The translations under genes and the position numbers were made by a program. From a virus (Duplodnaviria > Heunggongvirae > Uroviricota > Caudoviricetes): DNA of 21,842 bases. How positions within the stretch are numbered: position 1 is the first letter of the stretch; each line of letters starts with the position of its first letter. Below the pieces are notes generated by a model. That model saw nothing but the letters and a program-made list of their open reading frames with translations, had not been told where the DNA came from and did no database searches. Shown in pieces: positions 9,175-17,344 of this stretch. The stretch lies in the IMG/VR virus record IMGVR_UViG_2531839433_000003; one strand, written 5' to 3'.

Positions 9175-9363
9175 ATGCAGGACTATTTTTTGGAGTCTTT
9201 GAAGCTCCAGCGCATTGATTTTTTTCTTAAGCTTGTAGCGGCTAGTGAGTGTAGTGATGAAGAGAAGGGGCTGGCTCTGCAGTGGGTTTCTGAGTTGACT
9301 GATGAACTCATGGCAAAAATCAGAACTCACGAATACAACCGCTCAATGGACGTCATCAGTTGA
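9175..9363 (+). CDS. Small protein, 62 aa, first gene of a putative SOS-controlled Tum-like module
   Basis: Strong AGGAGG ribosome-binding site 7 nt upstream of the ATG, downstream of the LexA box. Confidence 0.5.
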   Translation: MQDYFLESLKLQRIDFFLKLVAASECSDEEKGLALQWVSELTDELMAKIRTHEYNRSMDVIS

Positions 9364-9373
9364 GGTGACTTTT

Positions 9374-9607
9374 ATGCGCATTGAAATAATGATCGATAAA
9401 GAGCAGAAGATTAGCCAGTCTACCCTGGACGCCCTTGAATCAGAGCTTTACCGCAATCTGCGCCCCCTGTATCCCAAAACGGTAATTCGCATCCGCAAAG
9501 GTAGCTCTAACGGTGTGGAACTGACCGGACTGCAACTGGACGAAGAAAGAAAACAAGTGATGAAAATTATGCAGAAGGTGTGGGAAGACGACAGCTGGCT
9601 GCATTAA
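9374..9607 (+). CDS. DinI-family protein (186 Tum-like C-terminal domain)
   Basis: 77 aa beginning MRIEIMIDKEQ and ending KVWEDDSWLH, which parallels E. coli DinI (MRIEVTIAK...ETWESADDWF). GAGGTGA ribosome-binding site. Confidence 0.65.
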   Translation: MRIEIMIDKEQKISQSTLDALESELYRNLRPLYPKTVIRIRKGSSNGVELTGLQLDEERKQVMKIMQKVWEDDSWLH

Positions 9608-9766
9608 GAAAAGTTGCTGGCGTCTGAACTTGGTTCTGGCGTCAGCAAGGTTGAACAACGAGTACAGTGAGGCGTTAGGTGTGGCGTTTATTTGATGAGT
9701 GAACGCCCGTTCTGCGACAGGTTCGGAGATTAAGGTTGAAACTACGGGCAAAATACCATCTTTTTC

Positions 9767-10192
9767 CTACTTAATTGAGTCCAGTAACAAGTTACAGTTA
9801 CTCTCATTGTAGAGAGAACGAGCAATTAGTGTTACCTGCTTTCCATTTATTCCCGGCTTATCCCATAACACAGCTTCTTGCGACGCCACAAATTCAGCAT
9901 AATCAATTATGCGTTGTTCGTGATCTGGTTCCTCATAGCCAAAGTATGAGAGCGCATCGTTGTAAGCGTGGTAAGCTGCTTTCTGTAATATCTTGATATC
10001 GGCTGTAGGTACTTGCCCCGTGTAGCTAGGATCTAATTGTGTGCTACTGCCATAGAATGCACATGAAAGGTAAGATATTGATTTCTGTTGAGCTTTAGTT
10101 CCTTTCTCATAGTTTTTAGCTGTTACCGCCTGAACTGGGACGCTAACAAAGCTTGCAACCAGAATTAAAATTAATACGTAAAAGCTTTTCAT
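9767..10192 (-). CDS. Secreted/periplasmic protein of unknown function, 141 aa, Sec-type signal peptide
   Basis: N-terminus MKSFYVLILILVASFVSVPVQA followed by a polar mature region; GAGG 5 nt upstream. AT-rich, leftward, at the position and orientation P2 uses for old. Confidence 0.6.
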   Translation of the reverse strand: MKSFYVLILILVASFVSVPVQAVTAKNYEKGTKAQQKSISYLSCAFYGSSTQLDPSYTGQVPTADIKILQKAAYHAYNDALSYFGYEEPDHEQRIIDYAEFVASQEAVLWDKPGINGKQVTLIARSLYNESNCNLLLDSIK

Positions 10193-10465
10193 TTTGACCT
10201 CAGCCGAAACGTTAGAGAGACTATCGAAATTTGTAAAACCCGTGGCGATTCAGTTTGAGATCCTCCCCCTTACATGATTTTTAATCAAATATATGCTTTT
10301 GTAAGCATACCTGTTAACCGAATTATTTATTTTTAGAGATTTTCCGACATACTGATTATACCCGCTGAGGAGTTCACCTTGCGTAAAGTCCGATTCGCTT
10401 TACTCGTCTGTGCATGTCTATGCTGCATGAGATTGCATGATCGTTTGAGGATCGTTTTTGCTAAG

Positions 10466-10489
10466 GCCCGCCAGAACTGGCGGGCTTTT
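10466..10489 (+). terminator. Rho-independent terminator on the plus strand
   Basis: GC-rich hairpin gcccgcc(agaact)ggcgggc followed by TTTT. Confidence 0.5.
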
Positions 10490-10534
10490 GCGTAGATCAT
10501 GCACCTGCATGAAAACCACTACATAAAGCGGGCA

Positions 10535-10553
10535 GGCGTGGCGGGGATACGAG
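10535..10553. other. Probable cos site (P2/186-type cohesive-end sequence)
   Basis: ggcgtggcgggga matches the first 13 nt of the P2/186 cohesive end as I recall it (GGCG[A/T]GGCGGGGAAAGCA). It is embedded in a GC-rich structured island between the replication side and the portal side, where cos lies in P2. Confidence 0.45.
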
Positions 10554-10780
10554 CGCGCGCCGCGGGTTGAAATAGTAAAATTCACTTAGCCTCAGGCCCG
10601 CTGATGGTTTTCTTCTGAAAGGGAGGGCGCGTTTTTGTGCAATCTTGTTTGAAGGGATTTAAATAAATGTTGAATGTGTTCCGGAGTTGGCTGTAGATTT
10701 AGTGTTCTGTCACAAGTTGCAGTGATAGGTAGCAAACCTTTAAAAGGTTCTGCTATTGTTTCATTAAAGATTTATAGTCT

Positions 10781-11380
10781 TTGTCCGAAAATGACATTAA
10801 AGTAGTCGCCTTTAATGTCGTAAGCATGAAGGACAGAGAATTGAACTTAGAGCAGATTGCCAGTCAAAGTATAAGTAACCTTCAGTTTCTCCTCGATACT
10901 TTGAAGATGCCGTTGGCTGTTGGTCCAATCAGTGATGAAGACTATGTGATCCTGACCACAGGATATGCTCAGCTAGAATGGGATTATGGTTTTTCTCGGT
11001 TTGGCAATCGAAGTGATAAGTTTGAATTTTGTTTGAAGCTCCTTGCGGGGCCACTTAGGCATATCCCTTCTGGCGCAGCTATGTGCACCTTTGACGAGGA
11101 CGCTGGAGTCATAGAGATCCATTTTGTGGAATCTTTTGTGAAAGATGATGACGTAGAGCACCCTCTTTACGGCAACATGTTCATGGTTACATTGTGGGCG
11201 GTATATCTTTTTGGTAGCGCGGTTGGGTGTCAAGAGATTCGGATCCCTGAAGCCCTGAATCAAAAAGTTGCTGACCACTATAAAAAATTTGGTTTTAAAG
11301 GTGATATAAGCTTGCTTTCGGCACCTTTTGCTACAATAACTGATGTAGTAAGACGCTACATTACTTCTAAGAAACAGTAG
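10781..11380 (+). CDS. Hypothetical protein, 199 aa from the TTG at 10781 (184 aa if the ATG at 10826 is used)
   Basis: Long ORF in the AT-rich region between cos and the portal gene; start codon uncertain and no clear ribosome-binding site. No family recognised. Confidence 0.45.
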   Translation: MSENDIKVVAFNVVSMKDRELNLEQIASQSISNLQFLLDTLKMPLAVGPISDEDYVILTTGYAQLEWDYGFSRFGNRSDKFEFCLKLLAGPLRHIPSGAAMCTFDEDAGVIEIHFVESFVKDDDVEHPLYGNMFMVTLWAVYLFGSAVGCQEIRIPEALNQKVADHYKKFGFKGDISLLSAPFATITDVVRRYITSKKQ

Positions 11381-11459
11381 ATAAATTTTTGCGCAGTGCT
11401 ACAATGCTGCGCCAAACATCCACCACCGGATGATGAGGCTTGACCTCTAAGAGGAAATC

Positions 11460-11639
11460 ATGACTATGACGCATAGTGACAAGAAAGCTCAGAAGCATTA
11501 CTCAGTATCTGATGTTTTCAGCCGTATGGGCGTCGCGATGGAAGAACTACTTCAAGCGGCCCCACATATGATGCAGGACTGCAAATTTGAAGGAAATGAG
11601 CTGCATGGTAAGCTCAAAGAAAAGCAGAAAGCTGCTTAA
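11460..11639 (+). CDS. Small hypothetical protein, 59 aa
   Basis: GAGG 5 nt upstream of the ATG; followed within 25 nt by a strong intrinsic terminator. Below the ORF-track length cut-off; translated by hand. Confidence 0.5.
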   Translation: MTMTHSDKKAQKHYSVSDVFSRMGVAMEELLQAAPHMMQDCKFEGNELHGKLKEKQKAA

Positions 11640-11661
11640 TTCCATGAAATGCGTTTTGCAT

Positions 11662-11688
11662 GAAGCCCGGTAATACCGGGCTTTTTTA
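11662..11688 (+). terminator. Rho-independent terminator
   Basis: Hairpin agcccgg(taata)ccgggct followed by TTTTTT; sits between the convergent small gene and the portal 3' fragment. Confidence 0.7.
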
Positions 11689-11694
11689 TGCTTG

Positions 11695-11815
11695 CTAGTC
11701 AGTATTAAGCTCATATGGATTGAATCGGACTACCTCTTCACCAAGCCATTCATTTAGCTCCAGCAATCGCTTTTGTAACGGTACTATTTCGTTTCTTGTG
11801 AAGACGCGACTGGCC
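11695..11815 (-). pseudogene. Portal gene (P2 gpQ type) 3' fragment, separated from the rest by the IS66-family insertion
   Basis: Minus-strand frame read by hand through the IS junction encodes ...RLLELNEWLGEEVVRFNPYELNTD then a stop at 11695..11697. Confidence 0.5.
11808..11815. repeat. Target-site duplication gactggcc, left copy
   Basis: Identical 8-mer directly abuts both IS ends (11808..11815 and 14515..14522). Confidence 0.8.
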
Positions 11816-11845
11816 GTAAGCGGCTCGTCAGAACCGTATTGATAT

Positions 11846-13417
11846 TTACTGAGAGCTCAGATCAACTTTCCAGGGCAACAGATCGCGTACCCGGTTTGCC
11901 GGCCAGTCCTGGATATGTTCAATGACGTAGCGCAGCCACTTTTCTGGCTCCACATTGTTCAGACGGCATGTGCCGATCAGCGAGTACAACACCGCCGCAT
12001 GTTCACCACCGCTGTCGGAACCCGCGAACATCCACTTTTTCCGGCCTACGGCCACTCCCCGTAAGGCGTTCTCTGCGATGTTGTTGTCGATTTCCACCCA
12101 GCCATTACTGCAGTACACGTTCAGTGCATCCCACTGTTTCAGCAGGTATGCGAACGCTTTTGCCGTATCTGAGTGACGCGACAGTGTTTTCATCTGTTGC
12201 TGTATCCAGTCATACAGTGACTGCATCAGTGGCGCGGCTCTGGTTTTTCTTGCCGCCAGACGCTGTTCTGCTGAACAGCCCCGGACCTCTGCCTCGATGG
12301 CATACAGTTCACCGATACGCTGCAGGGCTTCCGTGGTGATGTCGGTGGGCGCTCTTGCATGCACATCGTGGATTTTTCTCCGGGCATGAGCCATACACGC
12401 GGCTTCCGTTATTCTGCCGGATTCGTATAACGCCCGGTAACCACCGTAAGCATCGGCCTGAAGCACACCGCTGTAACCGGCCAGGTGATTTTGTGGATGG
12501 ATACCTTTCCGGTCCGGACTGTACGCGAACCAGACCGCCGGGGGCATCTGTGAACCGGCGTTACGGTCATCACGGACGTAGACCCACAGCCGGGCTGTCC
12601 GGGTTTTACCGCTGCCCGGCTCCTGGACCGGGACGGGGATATCATCAGCATGGACTTTACCGGGCATCAGCACATACTGGCGCAGGACGTCATACAGCGG
12701 CTCCAGTAGTTCAGCAACGGCACCTGTCCAGCGCCCCAGTGTGGCACGGCTCAGCTCCACACCCTGACGGCGGTATATCTCTGACTGGCGGTATAACGGC
12801 AGATGGTCTGCATATTTTCCGGTGACGACATGGGCCAGGAGCCCCGCTCCGGCATAACTGCGTGCAATGGGTTTTGAAGGTACTGGTGCCTGCACGATAT
12901 GGTCGCACCGACAACAGGCCAGTTTCGGACGTTGTGTTTCGATAACCTTAAAGGCGCTGCTGATAAGCTCCAGTTGCTCTGACACATCACATCCCAGAGA
13001 ACTGAGTTCACCACCACAGGCAGGACAGCATTCCTCTTCCGGCCGGATAACCCGGGTTTCACGGGGAAGTGAGGCCGGTAACGGTTTACGGGCTGAAGAC
13101 TGGCGCAGGGCGGATGGCAGTACCGGGTCATATTGCTCACCCAGCGTTTCCGCCATTTCTTCCTGAAGTGCGCTGATTCGCTCCTGTGCTTCCTGTATCT
13201 GCCGTTCGGTTTTTGCACGAAGTTTTTCTGAGCTTTTACCGAACTGCATACGTTGCAGTTTCGCAACCAGCGCCTTCAGCCGGTTGATTTCGGAAGCATA
13301 AGCCGCCACCCGCTGTGAGAGCAGGCGGTTGTATTCAGCCATCTGGCGTATGGTGTCCTGTTGCGTCTGCAACAGTGCCCGCAGGCGGGCGTTCTCATGA
13401 GCAAGTGAGGTGTCCAT
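11846..13417 (-). CDS. tnpC: IS66-family transposase (TnpC)
   Basis: 523 aa with an N-terminal coiled-coil/leucine-zipper region and a Cys-rich segment, as in IS66-family TnpC. Confidence 0.85.
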   Translation of the reverse strand: MDTSLAHENARLRALLQTQQDTIRQMAEYNRLLSQRVAAYASEINRLKALVAKLQRMQFGKSSEKLRAKTERQIQEAQERISALQEEMAETLGEQYDPVLPSALRQSSARKPLPASLPRETRVIRPEEECCPACGGELSSLGCDVSEQLELISSAFKVIETQRPKLACCRCDHIVQAPVPSKPIARSYAGAGLLAHVVTGKYADHLPLYRQSEIYRRQGVELSRATLGRWTGAVAELLEPLYDVLRQYVLMPGKVHADDIPVPVQEPGSGKTRTARLWVYVRDDRNAGSQMPPAVWFAYSPDRKGIHPQNHLAGYSGVLQADAYGGYRALYESGRITEAACMAHARRKIHDVHARAPTDITTEALQRIGELYAIEAEVRGCSAEQRLAARKTRAAPLMQSLYDWIQQQMKTLSRHSDTAKAFAYLLKQWDALNVYCSNGWVEIDNNIAENALRGVAVGRKKWMFAGSDSGGEHAAVLYSLIGTCRLNNVEPEKWLRYVIEHIQDWPANRVRDLLPWKVDLSSQ

Positions 13418-13436
13418 ATCCTCACTTTACAACGGG

Positions 13437-13784
13437 TTATATGCGGATTCCAGCGCGTTCCGTTCGTTTCGGGTGCTTCCAGTTGATACCTTCAAGAAGC
13501 ATGGATAACTGAGCCGGAGTAAGGTGCACCTTGCCGTCACGGGTGACTGGCCAGACGAAGCGGCCCCGCTCCAGGCGTTTGGTGAAGAGGCACAGTCCGT
13601 CACTGTCAGCCCACAACACTTTTATCTGGTCACCCCGGCGTCCGCGGAAGATGAACAGGTGTCCGGAGAACGGGTCATCCTTCAGGACGTTCTGAACTTT
13701 TGATGCCAGGCCGTTAAAGCCATTTCGCATATCGGTGATACCTGCAACCAGCCAGATACGCGAACCTGCAGGGAGAGATATCAT
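13437..13784 (-). CDS. tnpB: IS66-family accessory protein TnpB (Orf2)
   Basis: 115 aa, MISLPAGSRIWLVAGITDMR..., as in IS66 Orf2; ATGA overlap with the upstream ORF. Confidence 0.8.
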   Translation of the reverse strand: MISLPAGSRIWLVAGITDMRNGFNGLASKVQNVLKDDPFSGHLFIFRGRRGDQIKVLWADSDGLCLFTKRLERGRFVWPVTRDGKVHLTPAQLSMLLEGINWKHPKRTERAGIRI

Positions 13785-14461
13785 CAGTGGCTGCTCCCTT
13801 TTATTTCGCGGATAAGTGTCTGTAATAACGCCGGCGTCAGTTTACCTTTAAGCCTGAGAGTTCCGGCCGGCAGAACCAGCTCACAACACAGACTGTCGGA
13901 CGGTGTATTTATCTGCTCTGGTTCCTGTGCGGGGGCCGGGATTTTATTATCCGGCTCCGGCGTTAACGTCACGGGAAGCAGTGCCGGCATATTTTTTCCG
14001 GAAGGCAGCAGGCCACCTTTCCGGTATTGATGGCGCCAGTTGAAGAGCAGGTTATCGTTGATTCCGTTTTCCCGGGCGATCTGCGCCACACAGGCTCCGG
14101 GCTGCAGTGACTGCTCCACTAAGGCGATTTTAAACTCATAAGGGAAGTTGGGCCGCCGGGGACGTTTTTTTACCACGGGGGCTTCGGATATAACGGTGCT
14201 TTCAGGACGTACGACTGGTACCGTGGAAAATTGTCCGTAAAGGCAGGCATCAAGTTCCTGCTCCGACATGCCTGCGGGCAAAGGCCACGAAAGGCCAGCT
14301 CTCCGAAAGCGCACGAACATACTACAAACTGTTGATTTTGGTACACCCAGGCGACGCCCGGCCACAACCCGGGGTAAATGTTCTTCAAAGTGAAGACGTA
14401 AAGCTTCAGTGATCCAGGTCCGGTGTTTCATACGATAGTGTCCATTAAAAATGATGGACAT
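13784..14461 (-). CDS. tnpA: IS66-family accessory protein TnpA (Orf1); start uncertain
   Basis: First ORF inside the IS, leftward, coupled to tnpB. The true start may be the internal Met (MKHRTW...). Confidence 0.6.
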   Translation of the reverse strand: MSIIFNGHYRMKHRTWITEALRLHFEEHLPRVVAGRRLGVPKSTVCSMFVRFRRAGLSWPLPAGMSEQELDACLYGQFSTVPVVRPESTVISEAPVVKKRPRRPNFPYEFKIALVEQSLQPGACVAQIARENGINDNLLFNWRHQYRKGGLLPSGKNMPALLPVTLTPEPDNKIPAPAQEPEQINTPSDSLCCELVLPAGTLRLKGKLTPALLQTLIREIKGSSH

Positions 14462-14514
14462 TATTTTTGTAGAGCCGGAGGAAACAGACCAGACGGTTTA
14501 AATGAGCCGGTTAC

Positions 14515-14522
14515 GACTGGCC
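14515..14522. repeat. Target-site duplication gactggcc, right copy
   Basis: Identical to 11808..11815. Confidence 0.8.
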
Positions 14523-15439
14523 TTTTCCACATCCCCAAAACCGCCGGTATTGTTGGGAATGATACCCATCATTTGCGGCGGCACACGATGCGCCGCCATC
14601 ATGTCGTCCCGGCTCACGTTCTTGATATTCAGGAACTCATCCTTCGCCGCCACTTCTGACAACGGGATAATCTGAAGCCCATCCTTTTTGCCGTTAGGCG
14701 AGTACATAAACAGGTTACGGAAGTTACCAGGACCTTTGGCACTTTTCATTGCGTTGCGGAGGTTGTTCACATCCTCCTGGTTCTGCGCGGCGTCGGTCAT
14801 GTACATGATGAAGCCCGCATGGCTGCCGTTGATGTAATACTTCCGGCGGAACAGCGTGGCGGACTCGTTGAGCAGGGCTGACGGAATGGCAGAAAGATAA
14901 CCGGGCAGGCCGTAGATCTCCTGGTTGATGTCCGGCTCCATCAGATGAAAAATGCTGCCTTTCGTGAACTGATACGGCTGGGTTGTCATACCGTATTGCA
15001 CAAACCAGTAGGTATCCAGGTCTAACCCGCGTCGGGTGTATTTTGCCAGAGCAGGCTCAAGGGCTATAACTTCACCGAAGCGGTTCGTGCGTTTCTCCAG
15101 GTAGGCGTTACCAAAAACCAGATAGTCCTGTACAAAACGCGAAAAAGCCTGCTGGCTGAGCAGCGGGTGAGGGATGTAGGTGCTGGTCAGAATGTTGCAC
15201 TTTACTGCAATCGGGGAACTATGATGAACGGCAGCGCGGAAGGTGCGCGCCAGTCCGTCAAAGCTGACGGGCGGCTCATACCAGCGGTCCATCTGTACGC
15301 ATTCCACATAATCCAGCAGCTCTCGGCGGTCCAGAACAGGAACGGGATCGCCGAAGCTGAATGCTTCGGCTGTAGTTTGACTTTTAAGCTGGATCTGTTT
15401 CGTCGCCGCAGCGCGGTTCTTCTTACTCTTTCCCATCAA
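14515..15439 (-). pseudogene. Portal gene (P2 gpQ type) 5' portion, interrupted near its 3' end by the IS
   Basis: ORF 14498..15439 translates to a P2 Q-like portal; its last few codons read into IS sequence. Start overlaps the terminase stop (ATGA). Confidence 0.75.
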
Positions 15440-17202
15440 AAAATCTCCACAATATTGCTGGTATTGGCGGATTCGCCCTGCAGCGGTTCGTTAAACAGTG
15501 CGTGCATCGTTGCCCAGGCCAGATCGGCGTGGCTGGCTTCTTCGCTGCGGCTGGCTTCATAGGTCGGGCGGTTGCCACTGGCGGTGGTGGCGCGACGGAT
15601 TGCCATAAAGGACTGCGCTATGTCGGTGTGTCCGGCGTCAAACTCCAGACGGCGGTGGCTGATAATGTCGTAGGCCTTGAGTACCAGGGCGTTTTTAACG
15701 TTGGGGTTGTAGACAAACTCCCGGACGGCAGGAAAAAACGCTTTCACGTTCTCGTAAACCCCGTGACCAACGCCGGTTGAGTCGATACCGATATAGGTCA
15801 CGTTGTACTGTTCGGTCAGTTTTTTGATGGCGTCCGCCTGGGCGCGGAAGTCCATTCCGCGCCACTGGTGACGCTCAAGAATGCGGAACTTACCGCCCGG
15901 CACGGCTGGCGGCGCCACCACCACGCATCCGGCGCTGTCGCCGTTCTGCGTACCTTTCGCCGGATCATATCCGATCCACACTTCGCGCCAGCCAAACGGG
16001 CGCAGGGCCAGTGCATGAAAGTCGGTCCAGACTTCCCAACTGTCCACCATGCACGCCTGCAGCTCGCTGAGTGGGAACACAGACGCGAGATCGTCCACGA
16101 ACTCACACATCAGCAGGTTCTGGTATTCGTCCGGGCTGTACTCCATGCGCAACTGATCGAGGTCGAACAGGTTACAGCCGCCGCGCACCGCATCTTCCAC
16201 AGTGACTATCTGGCGGTACTGCCCGTCTGCGCACAGCAGGCCGGGGGCCAGATTGCTGTGGGACAGGTCGATGTCCACCTTATCGGCTTTGTTGCGCCCT
16301 CGGTTGAATAGCGCACCGGACCAGAACGGATAAGCACTGTGTGTCAGGCTGGATGGCGTGGAAAAATAGGTTTGTCGCCATTTTTTGTGAATAGCCATAC
16401 CGGAAGCCACTTTGCGCAGCTCCTGGAATTTCGGTATCCAGAAATATTCATCCAGATACAGGTTGCCGTGGTAACTCTGGGCCGTGCGGGCATTGGTGCC
16501 GAGGAAGTACAGCGTGGCCCCGTTAGGAAGCACCATCGGATCGCCTTTCAGCTCCACCTCCACTTCTTTGGCGAAGTCGATGATGTACTGCTTAAAGACG
16601 TGGGCCTGAGCCTTGCTGGCGGAAAGGAAAATCTGGTTACGCCCGGTTAGCAGGGCGTCAATCAGGGCTTCACGGGCAAAATAGAAGGTCGCGCCGATCT
16701 GGCGTGACTTCAGCAGGTTGCGGATGCGGTTGGTTTTTCCGGCTTCCCACCAGTGGCGCTGGTAGTTGAACATGGAGGAATGGAAGATTTCTTCCAGCTT
16801 CTCAATCTGTTCATCGGTGAAAACGTTCTTTTCCGGCTGACGGCGCGGGCCTTTGTTGCGGTTGGCGACGTTAGGGTTTAAGTCGGCTTCGTTGCCGCCA
16901 TTGTTAAACTTGCCGATCCGCGCATGGCGCTCCGACTGGCGCGCCAGCAGGTCAATCTCTTTGAAATCTTTCCCTTCTTTGTGCTCCTTCATAATGAGCT
17001 GGCAGTAGCGTGCGGCGGTGGTGAGCTGCATCTGATCCAGCGGCCCATAGTCACCCCACTTGTCGCGTTTTTTCCAGCTGTGAACGGTTGCAACTTTCTC
17101 GCCCAGCATTTCAGCAATGCGGGCTACGCGGTATCCCTGAAAGTACAGCAGCATGGCCTGCCGACGGGGATCGAGATCTGCGGGTGTCAGTGTGGTGTTC
17201 AT
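15436..17202 (-). CDS. Terminase large (ATPase) subunit, P2 gpP type
   Basis: 588 aa, close to the 590 aa of P2 gpP; resembles it along its length; coupled to the portal gene. Confidence 0.85.
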   Translation of the reverse strand: MNTTLTPADLDPRRQAMLLYFQGYRVARIAEMLGEKVATVHSWKKRDKWGDYGPLDQMQLTTAARYCQLIMKEHKEGKDFKEIDLLARQSERHARIGKFNNGGNEADLNPNVANRNKGPRRQPEKNVFTDEQIEKLEEIFHSSMFNYQRHWWEAGKTNRIRNLLKSRQIGATFYFAREALIDALLTGRNQIFLSASKAQAHVFKQYIIDFAKEVEVELKGDPMVLPNGATLYFLGTNARTAQSYHGNLYLDEYFWIPKFQELRKVASGMAIHKKWRQTYFSTPSSLTHSAYPFWSGALFNRGRNKADKVDIDLSHSNLAPGLLCADGQYRQIVTVEDAVRGGCNLFDLDQLRMEYSPDEYQNLLMCEFVDDLASVFPLSELQACMVDSWEVWTDFHALALRPFGWREVWIGYDPAKGTQNGDSAGCVVVAPPAVPGGKFRILERHQWRGMDFRAQADAIKKLTEQYNVTYIGIDSTGVGHGVYENVKAFFPAVREFVYNPNVKNALVLKAYDIISHRRLEFDAGHTDIAQSFMAIRRATTASGNRPTYEASRSEEASHADLAWATMHALFNEPLQGESANTSNIVEIF

Positions 17203-17248
17203 GGCACAAACCTACAGCCTTGAATGAAGGCTTTCCCCGCCTGCGGTT

Positions 17249-17266
17249 TGTGTGGTTGTCGGTACA
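17249..17266. promoter_or_regulatory. TGT-N12-ACA dyad, candidate Ogr-type late-activator site
   Basis: tgtgtggttgtcggtaca lies in the divergent terminase/scaffold intergenic region, about 55 nt upstream of a plausible transcription start for the scaffold gene. Confidence 0.4.
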
Positions 17267-17344
17267 AATACCGCGCATTGTTTCACTGCCCCCATCACCG
17301 CAACCATAAGGCTCCAGTAAGTTTTTTCTAACGGAGCACGGCTC

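Larger units (their letters stand above)
11816..14514 (-). mobile_element. Complete IS66-family insertion sequence (orf1-orf2-transposase) with imperfect terminal inverted repeats
   Basis: Ends begin gtaagcggctc... and, reverse-complemented, gtaaccggctc...; three leftward ORFs in canonical IS66 order; 8-bp direct repeats flank it; 2699 bp. Confidence 0.85.

Noticed and set aside
10370-10620. Structured GC-rich non-coding island with inverted repeats, first considered as a retron msr/msd or other defence-associated ncRNA
   Set aside because: No reverse transcriptase gene is adjacent, and the block contains a P2/186-type cohesive-end motif at the position where cos is expected, which explains the structure better.
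10781-11380. GNAT-type acetyltransferase assignment for the 199 aa protein
   Set aside because: It has only a vague C-terminal resemblance (KKFGFKG) and no clear acetyl-CoA binding motif. Left as a hypothetical protein.
10781-11639. Toxin-antitoxin reading of the 199 aa and 59 aa gene pair
   Set aside because: The gene order and sizes resemble some toxin-antitoxin loci, but I recognise no toxin or antitoxin fold and the genes are not coupled (80-nt gap containing a palindrome).
11955-13266. Plus-strand ORFs of 73-171 aa inside the IS66 transposase region (for example 11968..12339, 12355..12825, 12867..13166)
   Set aside because: They lie entirely antisense to or overlapping a long, well-supported transposase ORF in GC-rich DNA and lack ribosome-binding sites; typical shadow ORFs.
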